A DNA stretch of 43,578 nt from a virus. This document shows, piece by piece, positions 40,474-43,578 of the stretch (the stretch's first letter is position 1; each line of letters begins with the position of its first letter). The notes under the pieces are model-generated. The model made no database searches and was not told the origin of the DNA. It saw only the letters and a list, made by a program, of their open reading frames with translations. The stretch spans positions 1 through 43,578 of IMG/VR virus record IMGVR_UViG_3300045996_001765. One strand, given 5' to 3'. The position numbers and the translations under genes are program-made.

Positions 40474-41069
40474 GATGGGCCGACCGCCCGGAGGCGGAGG
40501 TCGTGGCCGCGGCCGTGGACGGCGACCGGGCCGCTTTCGGGGAGCTGTGGGTCCGGCACTACCCGGCCGTCGAGCTGTTCGTCTTCGGCCGCTGCGGGAA
40601 CCGGCATCTCGCCGAGGACCTCGCGGCGGAGGCGTTCACCCGGGCGTTCCGGAGCGTCTCCACCTACGAGGACACCGGCCGGCCCTACGTCGCGTTCGTG
40701 ATCGCTGTGGCCAAGAACCTCGTCGCCGACCACTTCAAGTCGGCCGCGGTCCGGAAGACCATCTGGTGGGCCATCGCCGGTCCGGATTACGGCCGCGAGT
40801 CCGCGTTCTCGGGCTTCGATGAGGTCGACAACGACCGTCTCGTCAACCCCGAGGCTGCTGCGGTCATGTCCGAGACCAGCTTCCAGGTGCGGCAGGCCCT
40901 CGCCGCCCTCAAGTCGCCCGAGCAGGCCGAGGTCCTGCGGATGCGCCATCTCGACGACATGTCAATCGCCGAGGTCGCAGCAGCTCTCGGCATCCCCGAG
41001 GGCGCCGTGAAGGCCCGTGCCTGGCGCGGCTGCCGTCAGCTCACCAAGACACTCCGGGAGTACGCGTGA
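40470..41069 (+). CDS. ECF-type sigma-70 family RNA polymerase sigma factor
   Basis: Region 2 is FGELWVRHYP...NRHLAEDLAAEAFTRAF...VAKNLVADHFKS. Region 4 is SPEQAEVLRMRHLDDMSIAEVAAALGIPEGAVKARAWRG. ATG 40470 is in an ATGA overlap. Confidence 0.85.
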   Translation: MRWADRPEAEVVAAAVDGDRAAFGELWVRHYPAVELFVFGRCGNRHLAEDLAAEAFTRAFRSVSTYEDTGRPYVAFVIAVAKNLVADHFKSAAVRKTIWWAIAGPDYGRESAFSGFDEVDNDRLVNPEAAAVMSETSFQVRQALAALKSPEQAEVLRMRHLDDMSIAEVAAALGIPEGAVKARAWRGCRQLTKTLREYA

Positions 41070-41341
41070 CCGACTGGCAGGAGCAGGGCCTGTGCCGGTC
41101 CGACGTGGAGCTGTTCACCCGGGTCGAGACGCAGCAGGACGCGATCCACACGTGCCGGCGGCACTGCCCGGTGCTCAGGGACTGCGAGCTCTGGGCGCGG
41201 GGGCAGCCGTGGGTGTCCGTCGTCGTCGGTGGGGTCGCGTACGGGCAGTACGGGATGCCGCTCGTGCTGCTCGAGCGCGGCGCCCACGAGCACACGTTGC
41301 ACTGCCGGGCGTTCGCCCGGGCGCTGGAAGAGGTGAAGTAG
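41066..41341 (+). CDS. WhiB-family transcription factor
   Basis: It has four Cys in WhiB spacing (GLC...C..HCPV...C) and a Trp/Gly turn. GTG 41066 is in a GTGA overlap. Confidence 0.85.
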   Translation: MTDWQEQGLCRSDVELFTRVETQQDAIHTCRRHCPVLRDCELWARGQPWVSVVVGGVAYGQYGMPLVLLERGAHEHTLHCRAFARALEEVK

Positions 41342-42106
41342 ATGGCGTACTACGAAGACGAATGGGTGACGTTGCATCACGGCGACTGCCGCCAGGTTCT
41401 ACCCGAGCTGAGCCTCACCGTCGACTGCGTCATCGCGGACCCGCCGTACGCCGAGACCTCCCTTGCCTGGGATCGGTGGCCTGACGGCTGGCCTGACGCT
41501 CTCATCTCGGCCTCGCGGTCGATGTGGTGCTTCGGCTCGATGCGGATGTTCCTCGACCGCCGCGACGACTTCACCGCCTGGAAGCTCAGCCAGGATGTGA
41601 TCTGGCAGAAGCGAAACGGCACTGGCCTGGCCATCGACCGTTTCCGGCGCGTCCACGAGCACGCCCTCCACTGGTATCGGGGCGAGTGGAGCCGCGTCCA
41701 CCACGAGACGCCTCGCGTGGCCGCCGACCCCGCCGCCCTCAAGCGCAACGGCAACGCCGTGCGCGTCGCACGTGCTGGCGCGCACCTCGGCAACTCCACC
41801 AACCGGAGCTGGGAAGACGACGGAACAAGGCTCATGCAGTCGGTGATCGCCGCACCATCCGTTCGGCACGGCGGCCACCCGACGGAGAAGCCCGTCGAGC
41901 TGCTCGACCCGCTGATCCGCTACGCCTGCCCGCCAGGCGGCGTGGTGCTCGACCCTTTCGCCGGGTCCGGCTCCACTGCTGCGGCGGCAAGGCTGTCCGG
42001 CCGCCGCTCGGTGCTCATCGAGGCCGACGAACGGTACTGCGAGGCGATCGCCCGACGGCTGGATCAGGGCGTTCTGCAGCTCGACGAGTGCGAGGGTGCT
42101 CCGTGA
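41342..42106 (+). CDS. DNA methyltransferase (N6-adenine/N4-cytosine, beta-class order)
   Basis: It has the IADPPY catalytic motif, followed by HPTEKP and the VLDPFAGSGST AdoMet-binding motif. Confidence 0.9.
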   Translation: MAYYEDEWVTLHHGDCRQVLPELSLTVDCVIADPPYAETSLAWDRWPDGWPDALISASRSMWCFGSMRMFLDRRDDFTAWKLSQDVIWQKRNGTGLAIDRFRRVHEHALHWYRGEWSRVHHETPRVAADPAALKRNGNAVRVARAGAHLGNSTNRSWEDDGTRLMQSVIAAPSVRHGGHPTEKPVELLDPLIRYACPPGGVVLDPFAGSGSTAAAARLSGRRSVLIEADERYCEAIARRLDQGVLQLDECEGAP

Positions 42107-42111
42107 GCGGG

Positions 42112-42309
42112 TCAGCTCTGGGCGTCGCGGAGGATCCGCCGCACGTGCTCGCGGGTGTACCCGGTCACGGCGACGATGTCGACCTGCCGGGTGCCGGCGG
42201 CGTCCGCTTCGACGATCGCGGCGGCCAGCTCCTTGCGGCGCTCCTCGGCGATGGCCTGGGCGCGCTTGTACGCGGCGGCGGCCTTCTGCAGCGAGGTACT
42301 CACCCGCAC
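42112..42309 (-). CDS. small helical protein with a C-terminal HTH-like segment (candidate regulator)
   Basis: This 65-aa minus-strand ORF is convergent with the methyltransferase gene (5-nt gap) and divergent from the replication operon. It contains RQVDIVAVTGYTREHVRRI. It starts at GTG with no clear SD. Confidence 0.5.
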   Translation of the reverse strand: MRVSTSLQKAAAAYKRAQAIAEERRKELAAAIVEADAAGTRQVDIVAVTGYTREHVRRILRDAQS

Positions 42310-42351
42310 ATGGTGACAGATCGAAGGTACCCCCTACAAGAGTGGCCTACC

Positions 42352-42404
42352 GATGTGGCGTAGTTAGGATGCACGACGAGGCCACATCATGTGGCATAAT
42401 TCAG
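42352..42404. promoter_or_regulatory. repeat/palindrome cluster with -10-like hexamers in the divergent region upstream of the replication operon
   Basis: There are direct repeats GATGTGGCGTAGTTAGG (42352-42368) and CATGTGGCATAATTCAG (42388-42404). There is a perfect palindrome GCCACAT-c-ATGTGGC (42381-42395). TAGGAT is at 42365-42370 and CATAAT at 42395-42400. Confidence 0.5.
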
Positions 42405-42434
42405 TGGTACACGGCGATGGCGAGAGGGGTGTAA

Positions 42435-43244
42435 GTGCCGACGAAGTTCGAGGTCACCAAGGCGGTCCGCGCGTCGGATCTGCCGGCACCCGCGCGCCTG
42501 GTGATGTTCGTGCTCGCCGATGTCGCCGAGACGGGCACGGCGGAGATCCCGGAGCAGTTCACGCCCTCACTGTCGGTGCTGGCGCGGGAGACCGGGCTCA
42601 ACGAGTCCACCGTCAAGCGGCACCTGAAGGACCTGGAGGCGGGCAGCTGGGTCGACCGGCGCAGGCCGACCGCCGAAGCTGCCCGACTGCGCGGCGAGCG
42701 GACCCGATACCGCCTGACCATCCCTGGGTGCAGAGAGAGCCCTGCCCTGGGCGCAGAGGAAGCCCAGGGGGGTGCACAGAAGGCCCAGGGCAGGGCGCAG
42801 AAAAAGCCCAGGGCAGGGCGCACACCGCGCCCCAATAAAGAGGAAGTCAATCAAGACAACCTAGATCAATCAGAAGAACCTTCGGCGAAGAAGCCGAAGG
42901 CGAAGCCCGAGCAACCTCGGGAGGACGTGGACCGGGTCTGCAACTACCTCGCCGAATGGATCGTCAAGAACGGCTCGAAGCGGCCCACCATCACCGACAA
43001 GTGGCGGACCGAAGCGCGTCTGCTCATCGACAAGGACGGCCGAGCGATCGAGGAGATCCGCGAGGTCATCGCCTGGTCGCAGCGTGACGACTTCTGGAAG
43101 TCCAACATCCTGTCGATGCCGACGCTGCGCGTGAAGTTCGACCAACTCCGCCTCGCCGCGACCCGCCCCGCCGCCGCCCGCGCCTCGCCACACAAGGCGT
43201 GGACAAACCCGACCGACCCCGACGCCTACTACGGAGACCTCTGA
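42435..43244 (+). CDS. replication initiator / replisome-organizer-like protein (N-terminal winged HTH, C-terminal DnaD-like region)
   Basis: GTG 42435 is preceded by gagagggg. The wHTH is SLSVLARETGLNESTVKRHLKDLEAGSWV. The C-terminus is W..EARLLIDKDGR..EEI..VI.WSQ.D.FW..NI.S...LR.KFD.L. It lies directly upstream of the DnaC-like loader. Confidence 0.65.
   Translation: MPTKFEVTKAVRASDLPAPARLVMFVLADVAETGTAEIPEQFTPSLSVLARETGLNESTVKRHLKDLEAGSWVDRRRPTAEAARLRGERTRYRLTIPGCRESPALGAEEAQGGAQKAQGRAQKKPRAGRTPRPNKEEVNQDNLDQSEEPSAKKPKAKPEQPREDVDRVCNYLAEWIVKNGSKRPTITDKWRTEARLLIDKDGRAIEEIREVIAWSQRDDFWKSNILSMPTLRVKFDQLRLAATRPAAARASPHKAWTNPTDPDAYYGDL
42722..42880. other. candidate origin of replication embedded in the initiator gene (iterons plus an AT-rich segment)
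   Basis: Five CCC(T/A)GGG-containing units lie at 42722, 42745, 42763, 42784 and 42807. They include a perfect 17-bp direct repeat gcccagggcagggcgca (42783-42799, 42806-42822) and an inverted 14-mer (42739-42752). A 48-nt stretch (42833-42880) follows in which I count 18 G/C, with TCAATCA occurring twice. Confidence 0.45.
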
Positions 43245-43578
43245 TGCCCGAGCCGACGCAAGCCCTCGCCGTCCGCCTCGAAGAGATCGTGCGCCGCAAC
43301 CCGGACGTGCCCGACGTCGAAGAGTTCGACCGCGACTTCCTCCTCGCCCGCGCCAAGACCCGCTGTGACGAGCTGTTCCCGGCCAGGTACACCGAAGCGT
43401 TGCCTGAGCACCCGCTCGTCACCGGCTGGGTCGAGGCGTTCCGCAAGAACCACCGCCGCGCCCCGTCCCTGCTGCTGCTGGGCCCGACCGGCGTCGGCAA
43501 GACCCACCAGGCGTTCGGCGCGCTCCGCGCGGCCGTCACGGTCGAACTGCCGCTGCGCTGGCACGCGCTCACCTCCGC
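43244..43578 (+). CDS. DnaC/IstB-like AAA+ helicase-loader ATPase, 5' part (continues at nt 128 of the circle, i.e. 1..443 of this window)
   Basis: ATG 43244 shares one nt with the initiator stop (TGATG). The frame stays open to the window end. Walker A GPTGVGKT lies within the terminal repeat. Confidence 0.85.
   Translation, partial: MPEPTQALAVRLEEIVRRNPDVPDVEEFDRDFLLARAKTRCDELFPARYTEALPEHPLVTGWVEAFRKNHRRAPSLLLLGPTGVGKTHQAFGALRAAVTVELPLRWHALTS
43452..43578. repeat. Terminal direct repeat, identical to 1..127
   Basis: See feature 1..127. Confidence 0.95.

Overview
The window is a complete, circularly closed phage genome. Nt 1-127 are repeated verbatim at 43452-43578, which leaves 43,451 unique bp. 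It is a very GC-rich temperate siphovirus-type actinobacteriophage, or its excised or episomal form. Codon third positions are almost all G/C, GTG/TTG starts are frequent, and it carries WhiB and ECF-sigma genes. I support about 85 tightly tiled genes. Most junctions are 4-nt ATGA/GTGA or 1-nt TGATG overlaps, which helped fix start codons and exposed several ORFs below the track threshold. Gene order is as follows. (1) A replication operon runs from 42435 across the junction to 4138, with a winged-helix initiator, a DnaC-like loader and small unknowns. (2) A late operon spans 4299-25451: HTH protein, HNH endonuclease, a 290-nt noncoding candidate cos/pac region, TerS, TerL, portal, HK97-type prohead protease, major capsid, head-tail genes, two tail-tube-like paralogs, tape measure, minor tail proteins, a putative Zn-peptidase lysin and a membrane protein. 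(3) An accessory/lysogeny island spans 25452-30074: a DinD-N/KilAC antirepressor, a holin-like protein, a two-gene minus-strand cassette, a GntR-type wHTH, a serine-less resolvase-like HTH protein, and a tyrosine integrase translationally coupled to an XRE repressor. (4) A rightward early operon spans 30075-42106: a cro-like gene, many small Zn-ribbon and unknown proteins, two more HNH endonucleases, a LexA-DNA-binding-domain-only protein, an ECF sigma factor, WhiB and a DNA methyltransferase. No tRNA, rRNA or CRISPR array is supported. The most interesting observations are these. The int-repressor-cro cassette has the layout of integration-dependent immunity, with a candidate attP core inside the repressor gene. 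A compositionally foreign minus-strand membrane-protein gene is wedged between the tape-measure and distal-tail genes. An iteron plus AT-rich origin-like structure sits inside the initiator gene. There is a second divergent regulatory node at 42112-42434. Several orphan DNA-binding or degenerate-enzyme genes lie in the accessory island. All functional calls come from motif recognition by eye. No database search was run.
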